This document shows positions 18,971 through 27,936 of a stretch of 64,000 bases of DNA, piece by piece. The position numbers were made by a program, and so were the translations under genes. This stretch comes from Nanobdellota archaeon (lineage in GTDB: Archaea > Nanobdellota > Nanobdellia > SCGC-AAA011-G17 > JAFCDX01). The notes beneath the pieces are model-generated. The model was given only the letters and a program-made list of their open reading frames with translations, did no database searches and had not been told where the DNA came from. The stretch lies in assembly GCA_040753775.1 (NCBI GenBank), contig JBFMDT010000002.1:11955-75954 (forward strand), read 5' to 3'. Each line of letters begins with the position of its first letter. The first letter of the stretch is position 1.

Positions 18971-19417
18971 TTAATCTGTTGAACCAAAGCCCCCCCTTGT
19001 TTTATTTGTTATGCTGTCAGTTTCTTTCCATTCAACCTTCTCTATTTTTGTAAAAACACCCTGGGCAATTCTTTCTCCCCTCTTAACAGTAACTGGAGCA
19101 TCCCTGAAGTTATAGACATTGATTCCAAGCTCATCTTTTGGCCCGCAATAATCCTGGTCAATTATACCTACAGCATTAGCCAAAAACAACCCATACTTTT
19201 TTGGAGTAGAACTTCTGCCATATAATTTTAATGCATAACCATCTGGAATTTCAATTATCACATTTGCTGGAATTACTTTTATCTCACCAGGCTCAATTGT
19301 AATATCTAATCTTGCATATAAGTCAAACCCTACAGAGCCATTAGTTGCATAAAATGGCATAGGTAATGACTTATTCAGCCTCTTTATTTTAACCTTCATC
19401 TTTTTTTCTAAACTCAT
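18971..19417 (-). CDS. dut: Trimeric dUTP diphosphatase
   Basis: 148 aa. GSVGFDLYA, GRSS, GIIDQDYCG and RGGFGSTD motifs of homotrimeric dUTPases. Confidence 0.9.
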   Translation of the reverse strand: MSLEKKMKVKIKRLNKSLPMPFYATNGSVGFDLYARLDITIEPGEIKVIPANVIIEIPDGYALKLYGRSSTPKKYGLFLANAVGIIDQDYCGPKDELGINVYNFRDAPVTVKRGERIAQGVFTKIEKVEWKETDSITNKTRGGFGSTD

Positions 19418-19881
19418 TTTTTCAACAGCTTAATCTCTTTTTCAAATTCACCCAAATCAGCAAATTCCCTATAAACAGATGCAAATCTTATGTAAGCTAC
19501 CTTGTCAAGCCTCTGCAATGCCTTCATCACCTCCTCACCTATTACTTTACTTTTTATTTCAGTTGATTTTAACGATTTTAATTTAGCTTCTATCTTATCA
19601 ATCATGGCATTAATCTTCTCTATAGCTATCGGCCTTTTCTCGCACGCCTTAATTATGCCCTTTTTTAGTTTTTCCCTATTAAACTCTTCTCTGCTTCCAT
19701 CCTTCTTTATTACATATAACGGAGCAAATTCAATCCTTTCGTATGTTGTAAAGCGTTTCTTGCAGTTAAGGCATTCTCTCCTTCTCCTCGTCACAGCCTC
19801 GCTTTCCCTTGAGTCTATTACCTTGCTGTCGCTGTAATTGCAATACGGACACTTAATTTTATTACCACCCAATAAACACAA
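19414..19881 (-). CDS. nrdR: NrdR transcriptional repressor (zinc ribbon + ATP-cone)
   Basis: CPYC...CLNC zinc ribbon followed by an ATP-cone (VIKKDGSREEFNREKL). 4-nt overlap with dut. The track's TTG start (19881) lies inside NrdR box 1, so the true start is probably further in. Confidence 0.85.
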   Translation of the reverse strand: MCLLGGNKIKCPYCNYSDSKVIDSRESEAVTRRRRECLNCKKRFTTYERIEFAPLYVIKKDGSREEFNREKLKKGIIKACEKRPIAIEKINAMIDKIEAKLKSLKSTEIKSKVIGEEVMKALQRLDKVAYIRFASVYREFADLGEFEKEIKLLKK

Positions 19882-19891
19882 TATATTGTAT
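19876..19891. promoter_or_regulatory. NrdR box 1 (ACACAATATATTGTAT)
   Basis: 16-bp near-palindrome. Matches the remembered NrdR-box consensus acaCwAtATaTwGtgt at 15/16 by hand alignment. Confidence 0.65.
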
Positions 19892-19907
19892 TTATTATAT
19901 CTTAAGA

Positions 19908-19923
19908 CTACTACATATAGTAT
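19908..19923. promoter_or_regulatory. NrdR box 2 (CTACTACATATAGTAT)
   Basis: 12/16 match to the same consensus. Start is 32 bp from box 1 (about 3 helical turns). Confidence 0.5.
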
Positions 19924-19925
19924 AC

Positions 19926-19937
19926 CTTATATATAAG
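19926..19937. promoter_or_regulatory. Palindromic TATA-like element CTTATATATAAG in the divergent nrdR/trpS intergenic region
   Basis: Perfect 12-bp palindrome just upstream (minus sense) of the NrdR boxes. Candidate TATA box for the nrdR operon. Confidence 0.35.
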
Positions 19938-20039
19938 CATTTCTGAGCTGTAAAATATATTATAAAATTTTGTAAGTTATAACAGTTAAGTTTAAAAATA
20001 ACTTTCTTTTAATATAGTCTATGCTAAAAAGAGGTTGTA

Positions 20040-21155
20040 ATGGGAAAATATAAAGTAACGCCATGGGAAGTTTCTGGGAAAATCGATTATGATAAGTTAA
20101 TAAAGGAATTTGGGGTAGAAAAAATAAATGATGCCTTGCTTAAAAGGATAAAAAAACACACCAAAGAGCTTCATTTTATGTTAAGAAGAAAACTTTTCTT
20201 TGCCCATAGGGATCTTAATTGGCTGCTTGATGAGTATGAAAAGGGAAATAAATTCTTTTTGTATACAGGAAGGGCTCCTTCAGGGCCGGTGCATATAGGC
20301 CATTTAATTCCATGGATATTCACAAAATGGCTTCAGGATAAATTTGATGTTGAGCTATGGTTTCAATTTCCTGATGAAGAGAAATTTCTTTTTAAAAAAA
20401 ACCTGGATTTTGATGAAACACAAGGATATTTGCATGAAAATATGCTTGACGTCATTGCCCTTGGCTTTAATCCCAAAAAAACCCATTTTCTTATCGATAC
20501 AAAGCATGCAAATTTAATGTACAAAGAAGCCTGTAAAGTTGCAAAAAAAATTACATTATCAACAGTAAAAGCTTCCTTTGGCTTGAATGACCAGACAAAT
20601 ATAGGTGCTGTTTTTTATACATCAATGCAGGCTGTTCCAGCATTCCTTCCGTCTGTATTAAAAAATAAAAAAATAGCATGCCTAATCCCGCATGCAATTG
20701 ACCAAGATCCGCATTTCAGGTTGACAAGGGATATATTGCCAAAATTGGGATATTACAAGCCAGCCTCTATCCAATGCTCTTTTCTTCCACCATTAACAGG
20801 CATTTCTGGTAAGATGTCTGCATCAGAATATTTGACAACTATTTACACTATTGACAATGCTAAAACTGTTGAAATGAAAATTAAAAAATATGCCTTTTCA
20901 GGTGGGCAAGCTACTGTAGAAGAGCATAGGAAAAAAGGTGGAAACCCAGACATAGATGTTTCTTATCAATATCTGAGAGCATTATTTGAGCCAAATGATA
21001 AAAAATTGGAAAAGATTTATAACAATTATAAATTTGGAAAATTATTGACAGGAGAGTTAAAGGAGATACTGATAGATAAGATTAACAAATTCTTGGAACA
21101 ACATCAAGCAAAAAGGAAAAAGGCTGAAAAATTGATTAGCAAATTTTTGAAATAA
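20040..21155 (+). CDS. trpS: Tryptophanyl-tRNA synthetase (archaeal/eukaryal type)
   Basis: 371 aa. FLYTGRAPSGPVHIGHLIPWIFTKWLQD (HIGH region) and KMSAS. Closely resembles eukaryal/archaeal TrpRS. Confidence 0.9.
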   Translation: MGKYKVTPWEVSGKIDYDKLIKEFGVEKINDALLKRIKKHTKELHFMLRRKLFFAHRDLNWLLDEYEKGNKFFLYTGRAPSGPVHIGHLIPWIFTKWLQDKFDVELWFQFPDEEKFLFKKNLDFDETQGYLHENMLDVIALGFNPKKTHFLIDTKHANLMYKEACKVAKKITLSTVKASFGLNDQTNIGAVFYTSMQAVPAFLPSVLKNKKIACLIPHAIDQDPHFRLTRDILPKLGYYKPASIQCSFLPPLTGISGKMSASEYLTTIYTIDNAKTVEMKIKKYAFSGGQATVEEHRKKGGNPDIDVSYQYLRALFEPNDKKLEKIYNNYKFGKLLTGELKEILIDKINKFLEQHQAKRKKAEKLISKFLK

Positions 21156-21362
21156 AATATAAAAATCAAACTTTATGAATTTCTATAAGGTAAATAGGAT
21201 TTTCCATTCGTGTTCTTAATGAAAATTTAACCCTATTTTCTTTTTCTAATTTTATAATTTCTTCTTTTGCAATATACTTTAAACCTTTCTGCAGTTACTA
21301 CCTCCAAATAACGATAAATAGAAAGCTTTATAAATAAGTAATATTGCTAAATAACACTAAAA

Positions 21363-22157
21363 ATGATAGTCCACGAGGAATTTTTAAAAAAGCTTAGAAG
21401 TGCATTCGACTTAAATATTTACGAAGCCAAGATATGGACAGCCCTGTTAAGCAAAGGCGTTGCAACAGCAGGGGAGCTTTCAGAAATAAGCGATGTCCCA
21501 AGATCAAGGGCTTATGATGTTCTTGAAAGCCTGGAAAAGCGCGGCTTTATAATAATGAAGATTGGAAAGCCCATAAGATACCTAGCAATAAAGCCAGAAG
21601 AAATATTCAGAAGGGTAAGAAACCAATTACAGCAAAGGGCAGAAGAGCAGATAAAAATCCTTGAAAATATAGAAAACACGGATGTCCTTAAGGAATTGCA
21701 GCTTCTGTTCACCCAAGGCATAGAAAATATAGACCCCTCAAATATTTCAGGGGCAATAAAAGGAAGAAAGAATATTTATGAAAATTTGTATGAAATGCTA
21801 AGCAATGCAGAAAAAAACATAATAATTGCAACAACATCTAAAGGGATATTAAGAAAACATGAGTCTATAGGAAATTTATTAAAGAAATTAAATGACAAGG
21901 GAATAAAAGTAAAGATTATTGCACCACAAACTGAAAGCAATAAGTCTGTTCTAGTTAATATGTCTAAATTTGCAAAAATCAAAAATGCAAATATAAATGC
22001 AAGATTTGTAATTGTTGATGGCAAAGAAACTATGTTTATGACAAACCACGATGATAATGTTCATGAGAATTTTGATGTAGGTATATGGGTCAAAAGTCCA
22101 TTTTTTGTTTCTGCTTTGGAAAATCTGTTTAATTCATTTTGGGAAAAAACAGAATAA
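21363..22157 (+). CDS. TrmB-family transcriptional regulator
   Basis: 264 aa. N-terminal wHTH: IYEAKIWTALLSKGVATAGELSEISDVPRSRAYDVLESLEKRGFI. Confidence 0.75.
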   Translation: MIVHEEFLKKLRSAFDLNIYEAKIWTALLSKGVATAGELSEISDVPRSRAYDVLESLEKRGFIIMKIGKPIRYLAIKPEEIFRRVRNQLQQRAEEQIKILENIENTDVLKELQLLFTQGIENIDPSNISGAIKGRKNIYENLYEMLSNAEKNIIIATTSKGILRKHESIGNLLKKLNDKGIKVKIIAPQTESNKSVLVNMSKFAKIKNANINARFVIVDGKETMFMTNHDDNVHENFDVGIWVKSPFFVSALENLFNSFWEKTE

Positions 22158-22162
22158 ATCAA

Positions 22163-22501
22163 ATGGAAAAAAATTATAGCCTTTTACTGATTTTATATGA
22201 AAAGAACAAGGATATTATTTTAGAAAGCCACTTCAACGAAGATATTAAACAAACAGAAAAAACACTTGAAAAATTGGCAAATGATAATGACATAAAAATA
22301 ATACGACACTCTATTCTGGCTAACTTAGATATAAATGATGTTTTTTATACGCTTCTTAAAAAGGGTATGGGTCATAAAATGAATACCAAGAAGGATTTTT
22401 GTAGCTTTTCATATAATATAGAAGAGTGCAATAAGGTCTATGATAATTATCAGGAACTTATAAGCCTTGATTACAAAAAAGCTGAGCATAACCAACACTA
22501 A
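22163..22501 (+). CDS. Hypothetical protein
   Basis: Frame of ORF 22139-22501, first ATG at 22163. No family recognised. Confidence 0.4.
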   Translation: MEKNYSLLLILYEKNKDIILESHFNEDIKQTEKTLEKLANDNDIKIIRHSILANLDINDVFYTLLKKGMGHKMNTKKDFCSFSYNIEECNKVYDNYQELISLDYKKAEHNQH

Positions 22502-22521
22502 GAATAATTTGTAGAAACATA

Positions 22522-22529
22522 TTTAAATT
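22522..22529 (+). promoter_or_regulatory. TATA box (TTTAAATT)
   Basis: 28 nt upstream of the pheS ATG at 22550. Confidence 0.4.
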
Positions 22530-22549
22530 AATACTTATTACTTTACCTA

Positions 22550-24079
22550 ATGCAAGATATAGCTGAAAGGCTTAGTCCTTTAGAAAAGAGGGTTCTGCCG
22601 ATTCTAAAAGAGGGGATGAAGTTAGAACAGATACAAGCAGAAGCCAAATTAACAGAAACTGAGGCGTTAAGGGCATTGCAACTGCTTGAAAACAAAAAGT
22701 TGCTAAAGCTTAATTCTGTTACAAAAGAGATTATTAAAATTGACAGCAATGGAAGGATTTATGCAAAAAATGGCCTACCAGAAAGGCAGTTTGTTGATAC
22801 TTTAAGAAATAAAATATTAACCTTAAAAGAAATAAAAGAAAAAACAAAATTAAGCGACGAAGAGCTCTCAATAGCCCTTGGTGTCTTAAAAGGCAAGAAC
22901 GCACTAAACCTAAAGAAAGAAAAGGAAATAAAGATTAATTTAAATGAAAATGGACTAAAACTTCTTGAGCATGCAACTTCAGAGGAGCTTTTGTTAAAAA
23001 AGATTTCAGAAAAAATTATTGGCATTGATGAGTTGACAGAAATTGAGAAAAATGCATTTGAAAATTTAAGGAAGAGAAAAAATATAATAAAAAGCGATGT
23101 TATAAAAGAAATAAAAATAAGCCTGACAGATCTTGGGAGAGAAATTAAAAAAATAAGAATAAAAGAGAACTACCTTGAAGTATTGGATAGTAGAATATTA
23201 AAAAATAAGTCGTGGAAGGGCAGGAAATTCAGAAAATATGACATAAAAATAAGCGTTCCTAAACTCTATCCAACCAAAAGGCACTTTGTAAACGAGGCTG
23301 TTGATTACATAAGAAGAATATGGCTTGATTTGGGATTTAAGGAAATGACAGGAAACATTATACAAACAGCCTTCTGGAATTTTGATGCCTTGTTTGTCCC
23401 TCAAGACCATCCTGCCAGAGATCTGCAAGATACTTTATTTGTTAAGGGTAAATATGGAAGACTGCCTGACAAAAAAATTGTTAATGCTGTTAAAAATGCA
23501 CATGAAAATGGAGGAAATACAGGAAGCTTTGGCTGGCAGTACAAGTGGGATCCTAAAGAATCTGAAAGGTTGTTACTAAGAACACATACAACAGTGTTGA
23601 GCGCAGAAACAATAGCTAAGCTAAAGGAAAGCAATCTGCCTGCCAAGTTTTTTGCTGTTAGTAAGGTATTCAGGAATGAAACAGTTGACTGGAAGCACAG
23701 CTTTGAATTTATACAGAGTGAGGGAATAGTTATTGATAAGAATGCAGATTTTAAACATCTTCTTGGTTATTTAAGGGAATTTTTTGATAAGATGGGATTT
23801 AAAAAAATAAGATTTAGACCTTCATTTTTTGCTTTTACAGAACCAAGCTTAGAAGTAGATGTCTGGCATCCTGAAAGAAAGGAATGGATAGAAACTGCTG
23901 GTGCTGGTATTTTTAGGCCAGAGGTAGTCAAACCTTTGTTTGGGATAGAAGTTCCTGTGCTAGCTTGGGGTATTGGTGTTGATAGAGCTATAGTAGATTA
24001 TTATAATATAAAAGATATACGCGAGTTACATAAAAATAATTTGAAGTTTATAAGAAATATAAAAGCATGGCTAAAATGA
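22550..24079 (+). CDS. pheS: Phenylalanyl-tRNA synthetase alpha subunit (archaeal type)
   Basis: 509 aa. Class II aaRS core with HPARDLQDTLF, FRNE, GAGIFRPEV, GIGVDR. Long N-terminal wHTH repeats as in archaeal PheRS-alpha. Confidence 0.9.
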   Translation: MQDIAERLSPLEKRVLPILKEGMKLEQIQAEAKLTETEALRALQLLENKKLLKLNSVTKEIIKIDSNGRIYAKNGLPERQFVDTLRNKILTLKEIKEKTKLSDEELSIALGVLKGKNALNLKKEKEIKINLNENGLKLLEHATSEELLLKKISEKIIGIDELTEIEKNAFENLRKRKNIIKSDVIKEIKISLTDLGREIKKIRIKENYLEVLDSRILKNKSWKGRKFRKYDIKISVPKLYPTKRHFVNEAVDYIRRIWLDLGFKEMTGNIIQTAFWNFDALFVPQDHPARDLQDTLFVKGKYGRLPDKKIVNAVKNAHENGGNTGSFGWQYKWDPKESERLLLRTHTTVLSAETIAKLKESNLPAKFFAVSKVFRNETVDWKHSFEFIQSEGIVIDKNADFKHLLGYLREFFDKMGFKKIRFRPSFFAFTEPSLEVDVWHPERKEWIETAGAGIFRPEVVKPLFGIEVPVLAWGIGVDRAIVDYYNIKDIRELHKNNLKFIRNIKAWLK

Positions 24080-24945
24080 GATTAGACTTATTAAAATTAC
24101 ATTCAGATGAAGATAGACCTAATGGATGGATTTGGGTAAATTTTAATTCTGATTTACTAAAGAAGGAGTATATTAAATTATTAAATAAAACTAATCAAAA
24201 ACAGATTTCTTTAATGATAAGCAAGTATTTAAAAGCTGGTTGTAGCACAATAGAAAAACATTTAATTAGATTGAGAAATTCCAAGAATAAGTTGTGGTTG
24301 CCAATACCAATAGTTATAGGACTTTTAACTATAATAAAGAAACCATATTTAAAAAATAGAATTATAAATTATATGAAGTATTTTATATGTAAAAATTCTC
24401 CAACAAAACAAAAAGTTAGAGCTGTTAAAAACTTAAATGTATTGTTAGCTAAATTAGTTGGAGCACATGTAGCAGACGGTTATTTACAAAAAAGTGGTCA
24501 GAGTTACAAATTAAAAATTTCGGATGGAAGAAAAGATAATATAAAAGTTAATAGAGTCTATAATATAAAGAAAAAAAGTTGGTTTATTGAGGCTATAAGC
24601 GGAAGAAATCCAGTTTATTTAAAGAAATGGCTACCTTATTTTGAAACAAATACTTGGAAATCAGATAGACTAAAATTTTTTATAGATGGAAACAAAAGCA
24701 ACTCTATAAGCTATCTAAAATATTTATTTCCTTCTCACCATCATTCCAAGATAAATATAATTGATGTATACAAATTCATAAAAACTATTAAGACTGGAGA
24801 GATTAAAGATATGATAAAACTGTTAAACAAAAAATTTAAAATAGCCTATACTACAGCTTATAAATATTTTTATATTTTAAATAAATCACATATAATTATG
24901 AAAACTAAAGATTACAATAGGAGAATTATTTACTCTTTGGAATAA
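24076..24945 (+). CDS. LAGLIDADG-like homing-endonuclease-like protein (second motif degenerate)
   Basis: Frame of ORF 24067-24945. ATG 24076 overlaps the pheS TGA (ATGA). LLAKLVGAHVADGY and RLKFFIDGNKS resemble two LAGLIDADG motifs. Extremely AT-rich. Stop lies 1 nt before the pheT ATG. Confidence 0.4.
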   Translation: MRLDLLKLHSDEDRPNGWIWVNFNSDLLKKEYIKLLNKTNQKQISLMISKYLKAGCSTIEKHLIRLRNSKNKLWLPIPIVIGLLTIIKKPYLKNRIINYMKYFICKNSPTKQKVRAVKNLNVLLAKLVGAHVADGYLQKSGQSYKLKISDGRKDNIKVNRVYNIKKKSWFIEAISGRNPVYLKKWLPYFETNTWKSDRLKFFIDGNKSNSISYLKYLFPSHHHSKINIIDVYKFIKTIKTGEIKDMIKLLNKKFKIAYTTAYKYFYILNKSHIIMKTKDYNRRIIYSLE

Positions 24946-24946
24946 A

Positions 24947-26554
24947 ATGGCAACAATAACAATAAGCAAAAGTGACTTAGAAAAGCTAGTTGGGAAAAAA
25001 TTAAGTAACGAAGTTTTGGCTGAAAAACTGGCAATGCTTGGAACAAGTGTTGAAAAAATAACAAGGGATTTTATAGAACTTGAGATATTTCCTAACAGGC
25101 CGGATTTATTGTCGACAGAAGGCATAGCAAGAGCCTTATCTTCCTTTATCGGAATTAAAAAAGGCATAAGGAATTACAGTGTTAAAAAATCAGATTATGT
25201 TGTTAATGTCGACAAAAAAGTTGCATTAGTAAGGCCTTTTGTTGTAGCTGCTGTTGTTAAGAATGTAAAATTAAGTAATGAAATAGTTCAGAGCATAATG
25301 CAGCTACAGGAGAAATTGCACATTACTTTTGGAAGAAATAGGAAAAAAGCCTCTATAGGTGTATACGACTTAGATACAATAAGCTTCCCTTTAACTTATA
25401 CAACAAAAACAAGGGATTTCAAATTTACCCCCCTTGAATTTAAAAAGAAATTAACCTTGTCGCAAATTCTACAGATACATCCAAAAGGAAAGGAATATGC
25501 CCATTTGCTCGATAATTTTGATGAATTCCCAATCTGGCTTGATGCAAATAACCAGGTTCTATCAATGCCTCCGGTAATAAATTCTGAAGAAACAAAGGTA
25601 ACACAAACAACAAAAAACTTATTCATAGACGTTACTGGCTTGGATAAAAAAACAATAGAGCGGGCTTTGAACATAATTGTTGCAGCCTTGGCAGACAGGG
25701 GAGCTGAAATTTACAGTGTTAAAGTCGAAAATAAAACTTACCCAAACTTATCTCCAAAAAAAACTAAATTAAATTTAAATTATGTTAACAAGTTGCTTGG
25801 AATAAAATTAAATAATAATCAGCTAAAAACCATGTTAAGCAAGATGGGTTATGGCTTTGCTAACTTTGTTTTAATCCCACCTTACAGAACAGACATCTTG
25901 CATGAAGTTGACTTAATTGAGGATATTGCAATTGCTTATGGTTATGAAAACTTTAAGGAGGAAATACCAAAGGTAGCAACCATAGCTGAAGAGAATAGTC
26001 TCGAAAAATTTAAATCAAAAATAGCTGAAATTTTAGTTGGCTTAGGGTTAACAGAAGTAAATACATTTCACTTAACAAACATTAATGACGCAACAAAAAG
26101 AATGAATCATAATATTAATGCAATTGAATTGGAAAAAGCTGTTAATGAGGATTACAATGTCTTAAGGCCATGGCTCCTACCTAATTTAATAAAAGTGCTT
26201 GAAAATAATAAGCATAACCAATATCCGCAGAACATCTTCGAAATTGGAATTATATTTAAAAAAGACTTAAGTGAGGCAACAAGGCTTGCAGTTGTCTTAT
26301 GCAACAATGAAGCCAACTTTACACAGATTAAGCAGATATTTGATGCCTTGTTTAATGCAATTAGTTTAGACTACAAAATAGAAGAAGCACAGCATAACTC
26401 ATTTATAGGGGGCCGTGTCGGAAGGATTTCTGTTAAGGGAAAGGATATTGCTTACATAGGTGATATTCATCCAGCTGTTTTGGAAAACTTTGGCTTGGAG
26501 ATGCCGGTTTCTGCCTTTGAATTAAATTTGACAGAGCTATTCAATTTAATATGA
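24947..26554 (+). CDS. pheT: Phenylalanyl-tRNA synthetase beta subunit (archaeal type)
   Basis: 535 aa. The MATITISKSDLEKLVGKKL start and overall layout are typical of archaeal PheRS-beta. Confidence 0.9.
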   Translation: MATITISKSDLEKLVGKKLSNEVLAEKLAMLGTSVEKITRDFIELEIFPNRPDLLSTEGIARALSSFIGIKKGIRNYSVKKSDYVVNVDKKVALVRPFVVAAVVKNVKLSNEIVQSIMQLQEKLHITFGRNRKKASIGVYDLDTISFPLTYTTKTRDFKFTPLEFKKKLTLSQILQIHPKGKEYAHLLDNFDEFPIWLDANNQVLSMPPVINSEETKVTQTTKNLFIDVTGLDKKTIERALNIIVAALADRGAEIYSVKVENKTYPNLSPKKTKLNLNYVNKLLGIKLNNNQLKTMLSKMGYGFANFVLIPPYRTDILHEVDLIEDIAIAYGYENFKEEIPKVATIAEENSLEKFKSKIAEILVGLGLTEVNTFHLTNINDATKRMNHNINAIELEKAVNEDYNVLRPWLLPNLIKVLENNKHNQYPQNIFEIGIIFKKDLSEATRLAVVLCNNEANFTQIKQIFDALFNAISLDYKIEEAQHNSFIGGRVGRISVKGKDIAYIGDIHPAVLENFGLEMPVSAFELNLTELFNLI

Positions 26555-26757
26555 AAGTAATTGTTAAGCCAAACTCTTCAAGAAATGAGATTAATTATAA
26601 TGAGGATACAGACGTTTATTTTGTAAAAGTAAAAGCACATGCAGAAGACAATAAGGCAAACACCGAATTAATCAAGTTTTTAACCAAATATTTTAAAAGG
26701 AATGTAAAAATTGTTTTCGGATTTAAAAACAGGAAAAAGATATTAAAATTTATATAA
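26551..26757 (+). CDS. DUF167 (YggU-like) family protein
   Basis: 68 aa. VKVKAHAEDNKANTELIKFL and the C-terminal G.K.R.K pattern are typical of DUF167. ATGA overlap with pheT. Confidence 0.6.
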   Translation: MKVIVKPNSSRNEINYNEDTDVYFVKVKAHAEDNKANTELIKFLTKYFKRNVKIVFGFKNRKKILKFI

Positions 26758-26782
26758 AACAGATTTAAAATTAGCTACTCTA

Positions 26783-27328
26783 TTATTTTTTATTATTAAG
26801 TAAAATATCCTCTAGATTATCCTGTTTAACAAACTCCATGAGCTTGCCCTCTCCTTTCTCCAATTTAAAAACATCTGCTGCAAAAGTGCTGAATAGGGAG
26901 TATGCATCTATTAAGTTTGTTAAAATTCTGTCGAGTACTGAGAAAGGAACTGGCTTTTTCCCATGCAGTTCTCTTTGATCATTAAATCTTTTTTTAAATA
27001 AATTGTAAGCTACTATTGTTTTTGCCATGCTTGTTCCAGAAAACTTTTTATGAACTTTTGTATATAGTTCATACTTCTCAGCAAAATAGAATGGGTCGCC
27101 TTTATCAAATTCCTTTACATACTTCTCCAATTGGCCCCAATCATCCTTGGCTATGTCACAAATTATGCTTAATGCGTAGTTTAATTCCTCATAAGAAAGT
27201 AGGGTTTTCTTTAACTCAGTTCTTTTCCTATAAAAATATGTATTAAAATCATGATGCAACATAGCTATGCTGTTAACATCCTTCCCATATCTTATTTTCA
27301 TCATATTGTACAATTCTTCTAATTTCAT
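26783..27328 (-). CDS. Hypothetical protein
   Basis: 181-aa ORF. No family recognised. Confidence 0.45.
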   Translation of the reverse strand: MKLEELYNMMKIRYGKDVNSIAMLHHDFNTYFYRKRTELKKTLLSYEELNYALSIICDIAKDDWGQLEKYVKEFDKGDPFYFAEKYELYTKVHKKFSGTSMAKTIVAYNLFKKRFNDQRELHGKKPVPFSVLDRILTNLIDAYSLFSTFAADVFKLEKGEGKLMEFVKQDNLEDILLNNKK

Positions 27329-27351
27329 AACTATTATAAAGTAACTAAAAC

Positions 27352-27657
27352 TTATAAATCTTTGCCTTCAAACTTATATAAAATCTTTTTAAAATCCACT
27401 ATTTTGTTGTCTTTAATTTTAACCCCTTCATTTCTAAGCAATTTTATTTTATTTTTTATTCCTTTATTATAAAAGCCTATATTAGAATTGCTTTTAACAA
27501 TCCTGTGGCACGGCACTTCGGCATCTTTATTTTTTCTTAATGCACTTCCAACAGCCCTGTAAGCCCTTCCCCCTAATTTGTTTGCCACCATTTTATACGT
27601 GCTAACCTTGCCTTTTGGGATTTTCTTAACTAGCTCATAAACTTTTTTGCTGAACAT
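27352..27657 (-). CDS. MGMT-family protein (methylated-DNA-protein-cysteine methyltransferase DNA-binding domain only)
   Basis: 101 aa. PCHRIV active-site motif and preceding HTH. No N-terminal Ada/Ogt domain. Confidence 0.8.
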   Translation of the reverse strand: MFSKKVYELVKKIPKGKVSTYKMVANKLGGRAYRAVGSALRKNKDAEVPCHRIVKSNSNIGFYNKGIKNKIKLLRNEGVKIKDNKIVDFKKILYKFEGKDL

Positions 27658-27690
27658 AAGCTTTAAAAGTAAACTTAGTATATAATCTTT

Positions 27691-27933
27691 ATGGCTGCTG
27701 AAAAAATATTTTTAATTGGAATAATATTTTTGTTTATTGGAATTATCTTGCTGTTTATTGGCGGGATCTACAGTGCTGTAAAAGGCTCAACAAATGTAAA
27801 ATCTGCAGGAATAGTTTTCATTGGGCCATTTCCTATTGGCTGGGCTTCTGACAAGACAATGCTGTATGTTTTAATTGGTTTTGTAATTTTGATTTTTATT
27901 TTATGGATTACTTTTAGAAGATTTTTATTTTAG
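27691..27933 (+). CDS. Small two-TM membrane protein (DUF131/TIGR00304-like)
   Basis: 80 aa. Two TM helices flank GIVFIGPFPIGWASD. The family name is from memory. Confidence 0.45.
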   Translation: MAAEKIFLIGIIFLFIGIILLFIGGIYSAVKGSTNVKSAGIVFIGPFPIGWASDKTMLYVLIGFVILIFILWITFRRFLF

Positions 27934-27936
27934 GCA

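Noticed and set aside
21170-21300. Possible minus-strand coding remnant (…KYIAKEEIIKLEKENRVKFSLRTRMENPIYLIEIHKV) in the trpS/TrmB intergenic region
   Set aside because: There is no ATG/GTG/TTG start in frame after the upstream stops, apart from an 11-codon tail. It could be a decayed gene fragment but cannot be supported.
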